From Raillietiella orientalis (lineage: Eukaryota), in the NCBI GenBank assembly GCA_036172245.1, contig JAYWIR010000047.1:930001-994000 (forward strand): a stretch of 64,000 nucleotides of DNA. Reading direction: 5' to 3'. The position numbers and the translations under genes are program-made. The notes under the pieces were generated by a model. It was given only the letters and a program-made list of their open reading frames with translations, did not search any database and was not told where the DNA came from. Each line of letters starts with the position of its first letter. Within the stretch, counting starts at the first letter, position 1. Below, in pieces: positions 27,300 to 39,734 of this stretch.

Positions 27300-28250
27300 A
27301 AAGAATGTTCATCAGAAATAGGATTCTGGCTATTCTGACAATAGGCTGCAATCTTTAAAGCCCCATATGTGTGGCTGTACCAGCCATCTGCGATCCTTTC
27401 CCAGTATCGCAGTTCTTTTGCTTACCACAGTCTGAAATCTGATGAATTCCCGAATGCTGAATTTCAGAAGTTAGAATGAAGTGCGGAATCAGACTGCACA
27501 AGAATGGCATTTCATGCAAGGCAAGTAAAATGGGTTCCCATTTCCTCAACATTCTCATGAGAAACTATGATAATAGGTTCTCTTGTGTGAAGCATGGGAC
27601 GATTTCGGTTACCCTATCTTCCTTCGGGACTGTGGTATTTACTAAATGTGCATGTATACACTGTGTTCATTAGGGAACGCGTTTGAATCGTAAGGTCAGA
27701 AACTCCCTAAAATGTGTTTTCATTTTCGCAACGCTTTCTTGCAAACCAGGATTACAGAGCCCAACAGTGATGCCAATGGAACAGACCTCTAAAGACAGAA
27801 GACGAAATTGTCTCTTCCCTTGTGTCCAGATTCACTACAGAGGCGACAGCAACATTATATTCTCCAGACTTCTCTAAGTTAACAAATGACCGAACTTAGA
27901 AACATAGGACGACCATTTTTCGCAACATAGTATCCACTTGTTATTCACAATCCCCGAAGGTATTTTGCCATCTGGGACTGTCCTTAAAAAAAATATTTAC
28001 TGAGCACATTGGTTTGTATTCCCTCTCATCTCATCAGTCGAATGTTCTTGCAGCTAGTGATCACACCAGGTACTTCGGTGGTAAGAGTCAGTTACACCTC
28101 GCGGATGAATCCTCATGAAGTCCACCATCATCTGGATCAGGTTTCCTCAAAGTGGAATACTTTCGAAGGTAGCCATGTACTGAGGAATCAAAAGTCGTAT
28201 TCACAATCCCAAGATAGTTCAGGAGGCGAAAAACCAAAATCTTGAAATGG
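27300..28250 (-). pseudogene. Possible phenuivirus-like N relic
   Basis: Ordered pieces FGFSP, MLRKMVVLCF, LTL-R/NAFPNE and EMPFLCSLIP match the Y.GF.P, KMIVL..RG, LTL.R..AFP and P.FASLIP pattern. Confidence 0.3.
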
Positions 28251-29496
28251 GGATGCAAACGTCTTAATTGTTCTTAACTCAATTCCTATCATTGAAGAAT
28301 GACTGACAGCAGTCTAACATTTGAGTTCTTCCAAAGTGTGCATTTCACTCTACTTGTAGTTTCATCCGAAGTATTTATCCTGGATGAGGACTAAAGACAC
28401 AAAACTCTAATTCGAATCCCAGAAAGGAACAGATTAAGAATTAATACAAACGTAGTTTCGAACCTTGATAGGAGTGGAGAAATCAGCGTGAACCTGCTTT
28501 AACGCGTGCCTTCTTACTTGATAAGGTCGTTCTTCTGTCCTCAAAATGCCTTTATTAGCATTAAAAGTATCCATGCCTATTGAAAATTTGCAGCGAACGC
28601 ACTAATGTGTCGTACAACTGAAGTTGTAACTTTATTACCGACTTCTGACTTCATCACTTTTGATGGAACTCTTGAACCCTACGGGGCACCTCAATGCATT
28701 TTGATCAAAACTCATTTTCCTTCTGTAATACGAATCTTTCTCGAGTTGCTCTTATTAACAAAGAATGCAGGCATTGCAGCCATTTCTTTTTTTTACGTTT
28801 AATATGTTGTTTGGTCTTACAACCGTAATGAACAGAACTTCTGCTTATAAGCAGTGGATATTAATGTTCTACTTTCACGTCATACTGCATTCGTTTAACC
28901 GTTATAATAATGGTAAATGATTACTTAGTAATTATTTTATCAACAATGTCTAAACAGAATGTCTTAGTTTTTGATTGATTTCTCTGTTGGCTTAAGTTTC
29001 TCTCTGTCCTTGGCATTGTACTAATGAATCCGCATAGTTTAATTTTGATTTATGAGTATATTTTGCTTTTATCTTTGTAATACACAATTTCATTTTCTTT
29101 CATAATTTTATTGATTTTCATTTAATATGAACGGCAAGTTCTAGATGCAGTAATTGTTATCTTTTCTAATAAGACATATCATCAAGCCAAGTGTCTCATA
29201 TGTTTGAAGGATGTACGGAGAAGTAGCGCATGTAATTAATCTATAAAGTAAATCCAAATCCAATCTCAAGCAATTAAGTATATGTTATAGAAATATTAGC
29301 TTTACTTTGCAGAATTTTCTTTTTTTTCAGAGAAAATATCTGAAGCAAAGAAATAACGAAGGAACTGTAGGTAATTCTGTGCGCATCTATTTATTTTCGT
29401 AGTGTGTAGTGTGAACTTCAAATCCTCGATCTTTGGTTGTTATGTAAGAAAACGACAGAGTGTAAGAGTCTCTCATATAACGATCTTCGAGAGGAG

Positions 29497-32400
29497 ATGG
29501 CAATAAAAACTAAACAAGAAGACGAGAAACAAGAACAGAGATTGAATTTTGGTATCATCAGCAATTCGCTTAAAGCCTTAATGGTGCAAAAGTCAACAAG
29601 TGACCCATTTGTGTTTATTGAAACGTGATCAATGTTGGGATTAAAAGTGACAAGATTAAAGCACATAAGAAAAAGAAGCGTGAGATTTGTAAATCTAAGA
29701 GTAACTTGTTTTTAAAAGAAACTCTAGTGTGCATTTGTACATTTTACTATTTGAAATGAGTGATTCACGTTTCATGTGAATTGTGGATATTCATTATTCT
29801 ATTCGATTCTTGTAATCCGAGTTAGGTACTGTATTTTGGTTCATTTGTAATGATGTAATTTATGTATCCTACGGATGAGATATTTGCAACTTTAATTAAA
29901 GGTGAAGTTGATAAGATTTCCACTTTTGATGAACAATGAAGAGTTGTACGAGGAATCGTAAAGTTAAATGTTCATCTAAGGGAAAGAACATTCACAGCGA
30001 TACCATATTTCAAACCAATGGAATATGGATGAATAGAGAAGTATGTTCTTTGTTGGATGAATGTGGCTGCAGCAATAATCTGTAAAAAATAGGTTCTTGA
30101 TGTACTTATCTCAGAATCTCCAAATTTGGTGAATGAAGATGCTAAAGAGAAATTCAGAAACGAAGCTGAATCGTTGTACAGGAATGCATGTGAATGTTAT
30201 AAAAGCAGTAAGAATTAATTTGCAAAAATCGAAAGATCTGCATTAGTAAAGTAAAAAAAAACGTGTTCAATTGTATAACATTATTGTCTATTTAGAAAAA
30301 CTGAAGGATTTGGATTTCAAGTGGACACAAAAAATTTTGTCATCAGGAACATTTTCTGATAAAATTGCAGCATATACTGTCTTAGTAACTGAAGATCCAA
30401 TCTGCTCGTTGAATTATACAGCCCAGCTTATTTCTTTGGTTACAATCAAATCACAGAGAGAATGTTTGATAGCTATGGGTTTGTATTCATATTTTGCATA
30501 AACTGGAAATTGTTGCTTAATCTCTACAGATGCATTGAAGGATATTTTCTTAAACCATTTGCTACCTCCAGAAAGAAAGCTAAAATCTTTTGATCAGCAG
30601 TCTTTAAATATTCTGTCACATAATCTTTTGAGTGATAAAATTATTAAAGAGCGATTGCTTATTCTTTGGTATTATGAAATGCAACTCAAAAGGGAATATC
30701 TCTCCTTCATTCATGCCTTGGAAAAAGTTAGCAGGAGTGCATCTGATTTTTTGCGTCTGAAAGCTGTCAAAGTGCTTTTTGAACTGTTAGCGAATCACCC
30801 AGAGCAAGAACAAGTTAGTTATATCTTTTAAATCATTTAAGAAATGTACTCTTAGATCTTATTATCAAAATTAACAAATAAACTTGGTGATCCACACCGT
30901 AAAGTTGCATCACAAGCATATTATTTACTTTTAAAGCTATTAGAAAAGCATACAGCAATGAAAGGAGTCATTGTAACAGAAATTGAAAAATTTGTTTACC
31001 GGTAATGTGGGCAATAGTATAAATATTTATTTGTGATCAACAGACCTAATTTAAGCGCTCGTGCTCAATATCTTGGATTAGGTTATTTGAGTCAGATTTT
31101 ATTAGATCCCAGAGACACAAAAATAGCAAGCTCTTTGATAAGAATCTATTTGGGATTCTTCAAACTTTGCATCAAACATGTAAGTTACTTGATTACATTA
31201 ATTAAATGTTAGTTTCTGAGTTCAGGGTGAAGTAGATGGAAAAATAATGAGCATTTTGTTAAGTGGAGTGAACAGAGCATATCCTTATGTGCAGGGAGAA
31301 ATGAGTAGCCTTAGTGAACATATTCAGACAATTTATAAAGTTATTCACATGGTGCCATTCAATACAGCTGTGCAAGGTCTCTGTTTATTGCAGCGACTTT
31401 TGGATTCCCAAAATAATTTATCTGATAGGTCTGTGTGTTTTGCATGTAAAACTGAAAGATTGTTTCAGATTTTATACAGCAGTATACAGAAAACTTTTAG
31501 ATCCTGAATTAACAACATGTTCTCGGCAGCCAGTTCTTTTCAAATTACTCTGCAACATGATGAAGCATGATGAGTCTCTTTGTCGAGTACAAGTTTTCAC
31601 ACACAGACTTTTACAGGTGCACAATGAATGAACAGACAAAATTTCACACATGTATTTAGCTGGCTCTCCAGTTACCAGCACATTTAGCTTGTAGCATTTT
31701 GAACATTATATCAGAAGTTGTTGTTTCCCATCCTAAATTGCTTACTGTTGACAAGAAGTTTTTAGATGATGAAGATGAAAAGTTCATTGATGCTGATAAA
31801 GAAGATGTAAAGGTAACATGGGGATCATCTATGAAATCATGTGTAATGATCTCTTTGACAGAATGAACAGAACATTTCATCTCATTGTAGTACAAGTTCA
31901 TCAATAGTAAATGATTTTACTGAGCGTAATCCCTTGTACAGTAAAATGTCACAAGTTCCTTTCTATGAATTTTTTTTATTAAAGTGCCACTTCCATCCAA
32001 GTGTTTCCTTGTTTGCTCATACATTGTGCCATGCTAACAAAATAGTATATTCTGGTGATCCTTTAAAAGATTTCACTGTTTTGCATTTTTTGGAGAAATT
32101 CGCTTTTAAAAATGTGAAAAAAGTATTACACCCAAATGATGATGGTCAACCTACAAATCAGTTGTTGAACAAAAATAACACATCTACAGAGGAACAATTT
32201 CTTCATCAGTATGATCTACTCGTTTTGACTGTACATTATCTCATGAAATTTTTAGATACTTACAGCAGAAAACTTTCCTAGATCAGAAGAAGCAGGACAA
32301 AATTTCAAGTTTGGATTTCTCACAAAGCATAAAGAAGAGAAAACGTAAATTTGGATTCATGGTGTCTGTTGCATAAAATGCTTTTCAGGAAAACATGAAG

Positions 32401-32784
32401 AGTTCAATTTAGAAGAAACAGATGAAAGTGAAGATGAGCTTCCAGACACACAATGTAAGTAAAATCGGCAAAACTATTACGATCTTAACTTAATCTTTTA
32501 ATAGCTATGAAAAGGCATTCACAAGACAAGGTGAGTTATAATCTGTTGCATCTTTTATTTATCCTGTCCTTCTCAGCTTGATGTATCAAAGATGTTTGCA
32601 TCTGCAGAACAGTTTGGATCTCTGCTGGAAGAAAATTTTGATATGGATTTAAGTATCTCTAATCATGATGCAGCTGGTAAGTTTTGCTGTTAAATTGAGA
32701 AAATCAAATCAAATGGAACCATTAGATCCAAAGCAGCTACTTTGGGAACAGAAGAAGGCTCGTCAGAAGAAAAGAAAATGTTAA
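29497..32784 (+). CDS. CEBPZ: CCAAT/enhancer-binding protein zeta (Noc1/Mak21, CBF domain); multi-exon, 5' end uncertain
   Basis: SGTFSDKIAAYTVLV, LKDIFLNHLLPPERKLKSF, LANHPEQEQ.LLSKLTNKLGDPHRKVASQA, LLSGVNRAYPY, RFYTAVYRKLLDP, HFHPSVSLFA...YSGDPLKDFTVLHFLEKFAFKN, MFASAEQFGSLLEEN, DPKQLLWE; stop TAA 32782-32784. Confidence 0.92.
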
Positions 32785-32808
32785 TGTATAACTTTTTAGA
32801 AGTAAGTT

Positions 32809-33700
32809 TCATTTTGGATTACTAGTCTTAGCTTTACAAGATGTTGAACTAGTTTGTCCATTAAGCAATTCTTTGCTGCATTTGCTAGAATTGAAACAAA
32901 CAGTGTGACTTAAAGGTATTCTACATACGCTGGGAATAGAAGTTTATATTCACTATTACTGCTACTGTCATCTGCATTATATCTTTTGTCAGTGTATTGA
33001 CTGTTTGACTTCGTCTTACTACAACTACAATGAAAATTCATATCATCAAATTTGAATGCAGTTTATCATACCTTGATCGATTTTTTATAATGTTTGAAAT
33101 AGAAAATTTCGAAGTTTTACTTTGTTCAGTGTCCTCTACTGGCACATTTTCTTCATCAATCTGATTATCAGGTATAATCTGTACCAATTCTTTAAGAAAG
33201 TCAAACTTGGACTCAGATAGGATGCATTGTTTCCTAAAATCAATTATACATTTTCTTCATTCTGTAAACCTTACAAATGGACTGGAGTCAACGTTCTGGC
33301 ACATTTTGCAACAGTAATTTCACTTGTTTTCACCAGTAGAGTTTCAACAAATAATTCTAATGCTCTAGGTAATTAGTTAAGATATGAACATGTGCAGAAA
33401 GTATACGTTAAAGGATATAAATTATGACTGGAACTGCAGCAGCTACTTTTCCAATTTCATCATCTGATTGCATAATTTTTTTAATTCTTGCCTAAAAATA
33501 ATTATTTGATTACATAGTCAATAAGTACTTGGTCTCTACAAAACCTTAACATTAACCAAGAAGACACAGAAATCATAAACCCATACTCAGGTGGCCTTCA
33601 CTTACAGTTTTATTAAGCAATAGATTGGAAGTTATAGTACGAAACTAAAGGTGCTTACGGGTGGAAATCGAGCGTTGTACTTTTTTTTCTTACTTGGCAT
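32809..33700 (-). CDS. DRAP1: Dr1-associated corepressor (NC2 alpha, histone fold); last two exons tentative
   Basis: [50 protein letters not shown]...RTLTPVHLKQCILSESKFDFLKELV. Confidence 0.95.
33369..33418 (-). other. U12-type AT-AC intron, 50 nt, in DRAP1
   Basis: 5' ATATCCTTT, branch site TCTTAAC and terminal AC; removal restores the conserved PVII-S-RALE. Confidence 0.93.
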
Positions 33701-35999
33701 AATTTCATGACAACACTAAAAAGTTTATTGGAGATTCACATTTTAAAAACTGCAATTGCTGCAATAGTCACTTTATCACAAGCAAACCACCTGCTTTGTC
33801 TCTTTAGATACAACTTGTAAAGTAGTACACCACACTATTTTTTTTTAGGTTTTTGGCAAGAGTGCCAAGGTTTCAAAGAAATTCAACGTGCATGTATGGA
33901 CGCCGTTATCCTAGACGTGAAGATTATGCAATGTTTTCACTTAAGTCTAGTTTGTCAGATTTGAGACCATGAACAATATGCACGTTTCTTATTCTTTCAA
34001 GCAGATCGAAAGTGTTTTTTCCGAACCGAATGCTCTTATTTATTATCTTCATTACAAAAAGGATGCTCGTTACAAATCATCTGTCATTAATCTGAATTTC
34101 ATGTAAGTTAACAATATCGAATTGAAAAATGGGGTAGAAATGACTGCATATCAGATTTTTGACCTGTTAGTATGATGTTAATTATGAATATCGTTTCCTC
34201 ACGTTTTAAAATGTACGTCTCAACTTTACTAGGGATCATATTTCTCGAATCCCTTGTTCTTGGCCTTTGTATGCCCATTTTTTTCCATCTGATGGGTTCA
34301 GTTGAAACCACATGATTTAGTGCCAAAAACAATGCTTGAATTTAAAGTCTATCGATCATCTGTAAAATATAGGATTTGTGTTAATATCATCAAAACAAGT
34401 GGACTTTTATATAAATAGTTCTAAGCTTCCCTCCAAAGAATACATGCACTTACAAATGCTGATGTCTAATTCCTTTCCTGGTATTGAGCTTGATAGCTAA
34501 AAGGTCCCGAAGTTTTCATTTATATATAAAATTCTCGAGTTCCTTGTAGATCCATTTTATGATGACTCCGAATCAAAAGCCATTTGAACTAAATTCCGAG
34601 AGAAGACTAAATGCAAGATTTTTCATAGATGGAAATTTGATAAGAAGTGTTTGCCAACAAAAAAAATATTCAAAAAAATACATATATTATTTATTATTCT
34701 TGCTGCCCTGAAGTTTTCAGTAAGATACAAAGTCATGTACCTTTCAAAATGGTTGAATTCCTAAATCCCAAAATATCCAAGTTTCAGGATGTTCTCGAAA
34801 TAGTACTAATCGGATGAAGGTTGAAAGCATCAGTTTATTGTCTTACTCTTGAAATGAGTATCACATTTGGTTTAAAATTTATCTCGCGAACAACATCGAG
34901 ATTTTATCCTTACTGTTTCATCTACGGATGGTTTCATTATTTTGGTGTTTTGAGTGTTGGGTTCTCATGAACTTGCCTCGACATTGGATATTGTTCCCTC
35001 GTTTCTTGTATCAAATGGAATAAGCCAATACTCAGAAAATCAAAAAAAGCAAGAGTAGTTCGCTTAGAAAACTTGGATGTTATGAATGCGTTTAAGGAAA
35101 TGTGATCTTTTATGGCAATAGTAAATAGGCATTCTGATTTGCTTCATATTCAAAAGCATATTTTAAATATATATTATTGCTTATGTAATGTGATACATGA
35201 ACTAAGGGTAATTCATAAACGATATCATCATAGTTACCAAACGCAATCGTCGTGTCGTCTACATGTTTCCACGGACATTAAATTGCTCAAAGAATTTGGC
35301 CGTCTCGTTATGGATAGCAAATTCTTTTAAGGAATGACCATTCCGTATTTTTTCAGAAAAAAAATTCCAATATAGGAAAAATTTTAAGCGCATTTCAGCA
35401 TCATAAATGATGCTCTACTGTATTGTATTAATTTCAGTCAACCTATTAGGTACTTTTAATTTGGAATGTGTTCACGGCAAATGCCTTTTAGGGCGGTCAA
35501 TTAGAGAGGTTCACTCTGAAAACTGTTGTCTAGGAAGGTTCTGAATGGAAACACGCGCCTATCGAAATTTCCGGACTGTATTCCACAGAGTTGCTGTATC
35601 AATAATTGTCGGCAACCGCGCTAAATGCCAACGTCCTGCAAGAACATTGAATGCATGTGAACTGCCTTGGCTAATGCATGCTAAATGCATTAGTTACAAA
35701 GTTACAAAAGGCTTTGTTCCGTACATCTTATAAATGGCTATCTACTTGTTGGAGACGGAGGCTATTCACGTGCAGCTCAAACTTGCCGTTTTTGGAAACC
35801 TGGGAATAATAGTTTTAGTGATGATACTAATACTCAATGCTGTTGAAGTAATATTGTGGGTAATAAAAATAAACAGAAACAGTTTTTCTCTGGCCATAAC
35901 AAAGATCAACGATTGAAGTGAAACATCGTTATCTGTTATAAACTGCACTATTTGCTCGCATAGGTCACGGAAAAATTGGATAACTTATTCCGTATGGAT

Positions 36000-36560
36000 T
36001 CAAAGCTAGAACGAGTGCGAGCTGTGTGAAGCAGCTAATCTGTGAAGAGTGTCGAAGAAGGCGGCCCTTAATGTGTCTGCAAGGTAAAATTCCATGTTTT
36101 GTTGTAACTTTTATCCCTGCTATGCTGCTTCTGTTCTTTTACCAGGATCCCCGGAGACGGCGAAGACGAGGGGCTCATAGGGATGTGCCAAATTGATGGA
36201 CGCCAGGTAAGGATGTTTCGTTATTTCAGAAACACAAATAAAATGAACTGCTGAAGATGAAGTGTGGGGCAACCATCACGAATCGATAGTGTAGTGTTGG
36301 TCTTAGCGTCATGGGATTCACGAGAAAGGCTGCCTGGAGAAGTAATTCGTTTGAAAGGAGTTTCTGTACATTTGCAATGAAACCAGTGAGAGGTTTACCA
36401 TCTGTCTTTCAGGACTTTGTTGCCTTTCTCATGCACTAGGTTTTTTCCTCGGCTGCACTTTTCGGGAATTACAGGCAAGAATATCTGATGCTTGCCCTTG
36501 ATTTCCGAAAAGGTGATTGATGCCGTTTAGAGCGTTCCTGGAAATTCTGCCATATTTCAT
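36000..36560 (+). ncRNA. Candidate spliced non-coding transcript or 5' UTR exons
   Basis: GC-richer blocks bounded by good splice signals (AAG|GTAAAA 36084 to TTTTACCAG 36145; CAG|GTAAGG 36207 to about 36256) with no sustained ORF. Confidence 0.3.
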
Positions 36561-37799
36561 GGTAAATAACGTGCTTATGGTGGTCTCCTCTCCTCTCCCG
36601 ATAGCACTCCTTTAAGTTGATCGAAGGGGAAAGGCAACGTCTCTATAATAGTAAAGAGATGATTTGCAACAGTAATAACGAAGAGATTAATCCGCTTCAC
36701 CGAAACTTTGAAAGTGATTTTTAAGTGATTTGATGTGTCTAATTTATTGATAAATTCAAATGCTGTTTGGTCCTGGGAAGACACAGCTGTCAAGCTTTGA
36801 ATGTCTGCAGCTGACCAGAAACCTGAGTAGAATGCGATTGAAAATTGCTAGGCGTTCACCTGGTTATATATTCAGTTGCTGAAGTTGATCTGGTGAAAAA
36901 AACAACACTTAACATATGGAAAGGACCCGTTTCTTTCTCTGGGATCGTGGAGAAAGACTTTCGGTTGTCACCTTTTCCTATGTATCATAACGAAACGTAA
37001 AAGTGTTAAAGATGAAAGACTATGATGAAGCGACGATCCGTTGCGCCATGCACGACCCAGAAAATGCAAAAATTTCAGTTTTTTTGTCAAACTTATGTTG
37101 GCTCGTAGAAAAATAGCAACCCCAAAAGATCGTACAAACAGCCATTAATTTCTGATGATACTTGTAATTTTATCCGTTCGAACGATTTTCCGATCATATT
37201 ACAGTTGAATGTCCTCCAGAGGACATGACGTTCTTGAAAAGTTTGTATTTCTTGTGCACACGTTCGTGTCATTCACGCCTAAGGGGAATGTTTGCTCCTG
37301 TGGAGCATGAATGGAGACAAACCTAAAATCGGAAAATGTCGACAAGATCCGATTGTGCATGTCATGAACCTCGAAGAGCATGGAGATGAGAGCAGGAAAC
37401 TGGCTCCCGTGAAGGTTGAAGAAAGGTCTGCCCAGAATGTCTCGCCTTCCGTTTTACTGGTGTGTTGCAATCGATTATTCATTGTGAGATAGATCTCTGG
37501 ATGGGTAGGGACTAAATGTTTGTAGAGGGTATGAAACCATCGAAGAAGCGCTTCTAAGCAAATAGCAACAGTAAGGGAAATTACAGACCTTAATGGATAA
37601 TTTTTGCAAACCGCGTTCAAATGGAAGCCAAAACCAATCCTAATTACCGATTCCAACATGAGGTGCCTATGTAGCACACGTTTGACCATAATGCTGATGA
37701 TGAGTTTGTGACAGAACAGAACAGAGATGACAGAACCCTCAAAAAATGCGACGTGATCTCAGCCTGCTACGTAGACCCTCATTCATTCTGGATTTAAAT

Positions 37800-38800
37800 C
37801 CATAATTCTTTCCTTAATTTTTTTCTCTGTGTGTATACTACCATTTTTCATGTAGTCGTTGTAAACGTTCTGATGGAACGAATGTCATGTGATTATGTAA
37901 TCTTGCAGTTTTCGTGTATTGGAGAGTTGACAGGCAAAATTTGTCTTTCAGTTTTTTTGTATTCTGTTGTCATTGCCAGTCTTCTGGGTAAATTCCTCCA
38001 TGTTTCAGCTGTCCCCCAAGTTGGATAGAAGATACGAGTTAATGCATTTTTAAGGTAGATGGTTTTTTGCGTTCTCCTAGTTAAAATTGGTTACATGCTC
38101 CTTGAAATCTATGTGGCAGCGTTTCCCAAACTTTTTCCCATGACGGAATGCTTTGCAAATCCTGAAATTTCAACGGAATACCTTGGCTATTTTATAGGGC
38201 GGGTAGATATTAGTAATGATTAAATAAAGCAAGTAAATATAAGAGTTAAGAAAACAAAGCAAATTTTTAATCTCAAATTTTAATTATGTAAGGCAAAGCA
38301 CACAAAAATAAGCTGAATACCATTCAAAATGTATTAATTTTCATAATTTTTCGCGGAACACACTTTGGGAAACGCTGCCGAATGGCATAGGTGAACATCA
38401 GCAGTGTGGTGATTCCAACCCGGTAGTGCCAGGTGCCGCAGTGCCTGGCATCCGAAGTGTACTATCTGGAAGAGGGAATCCGGTTTCCAGATTAGTATGG
38501 AATGAGGAAAAAAGTGCTTCAGTATAGGAACCAAAAGTTCACTTAGCAAAAAAATTCAGCCTTGAATTAACGTAATCAGCATCCTGCATTTCTGATGATG
38601 ATTCCATCGTTTCAGCCCTCGAGTTGTTGCATCCAAATTAGAGATGCCAAAAATAAGTAGTAAAAGTTTGTTCAGCTTTCCCGATTGGCAATCAAACACT
38701 GCCAGGTTGATTGCTGCTTGACAAAATCTACACTGTGGAACCCTTCTAAACTGATGGAACCACCCTTTTAAATTTCCGATTAGCTTTCTCTCTCCTAACT
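37800..38800 (-). pseudogene. Nairovirus-like N gene 5' part, interrupted by a MITE
   Basis: NLKGWFHQFRR resembles EMNRWFEEFKK, and LVPILKHFF..S.LI resembles [16 protein letters not shown]; beyond the MITE, AETWR...TERQILP resembles ALKWRKD...NKVLAEY. Confidence 0.4.
38117..38377. mobile_element. hAT (Charlie-like) MITE, about 261 bp
   Basis: Perfect 14-bp TIRs CAGCGTTTCCCAAA / TTTGGGAAACGCTG, subterminal CGGAA motifs and an AT-rich non-coding interior; the 8-bp TSD is not well preserved. Confidence 0.8.
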
Positions 38801-39734
38801 GCTTCATTACCTTTCATCTTTGAAGTGGAACTGTTTCATGTTAAGTATTTGAGCCAACCAAGGACAGATTCTTATTTATGCTAAGGTTAATGCTGTTGTA
38901 ATCTTAGCAATTTCCATTCTTTTGCAGTTAATCAAAATTGAACCTTTTACAAGAAATATGTTGGTACCTTCTTGTTGCATCATATACCATGGGCATGCTT
39001 ATCCAAAGTAGCTAGCTTTGCATTGTCAAACTTTAAAATTTCAGGCAGGTAACCTATATGTAATATGTTCCGGTGACTGATAGACTTGCTACATTGATTT
39101 TGAAATGTTAAGACTCAAGAAAACAAAGGGTTTTAATTAGCATAGTTTAAATAACATATTGTCCTTAGAACATTCCTTATGTTTGAAGTATGCATTAGAA
39201 GTGATGGTGGTCTTTCCTGATGTTCATACTGATATAAACTGATAATTTTTAAAATTAGTTGATGCACTCTCCAACTTAGGGAAATGAACTCTAAAGATAA
39301 GTATGTGGCCAAATGCGAAGTGTTAAATGCAAAGCACTGTAATCTTTTAAAATTATGGAAGTTCAGTTATTTAGTTTTTGGAGGAATGTACAGGTTTTAA
39401 CAAGTTATGACTGCCCAAAATGACCATGGAGCAATAGATGAGAATGCACAGGACAATGCCTCCACTTTTCAGTCATGCAAAAGAGGATTGCACAAAAAGA
39501 CAACCAGAAGATAAGAAAATATAATTCACTTTACAAAGCATTTTCTATGTGCTTAAAAAAATGAACTCCATATTGCTTTTTTTCCATTGCAAACATAAAT
39601 TAAGGAAATTCACATTGTACATATTATTTGCTTCATTGTATGATATACATTTTCATGTACACTCACATGTTTTAAGTATTCTAAACACTGAATTCTCTTG
39701 CTTCTTTTCTTTTTAATTGACAATAATTAAACTT

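Noticed and set aside
29540..29900. Additional U12 introns at the CEBPZ 5' end (GTATCATC, GTATCCTA)
   Set aside because: The 5' sites deviate from the consensus and no coherent reading frame was recovered.
34560..34680. hAT dimerisation-like peptide KFPSMKNLAFSLLS on the minus strand
   Set aside because: Too short, with no supporting transposase motifs or TIRs.
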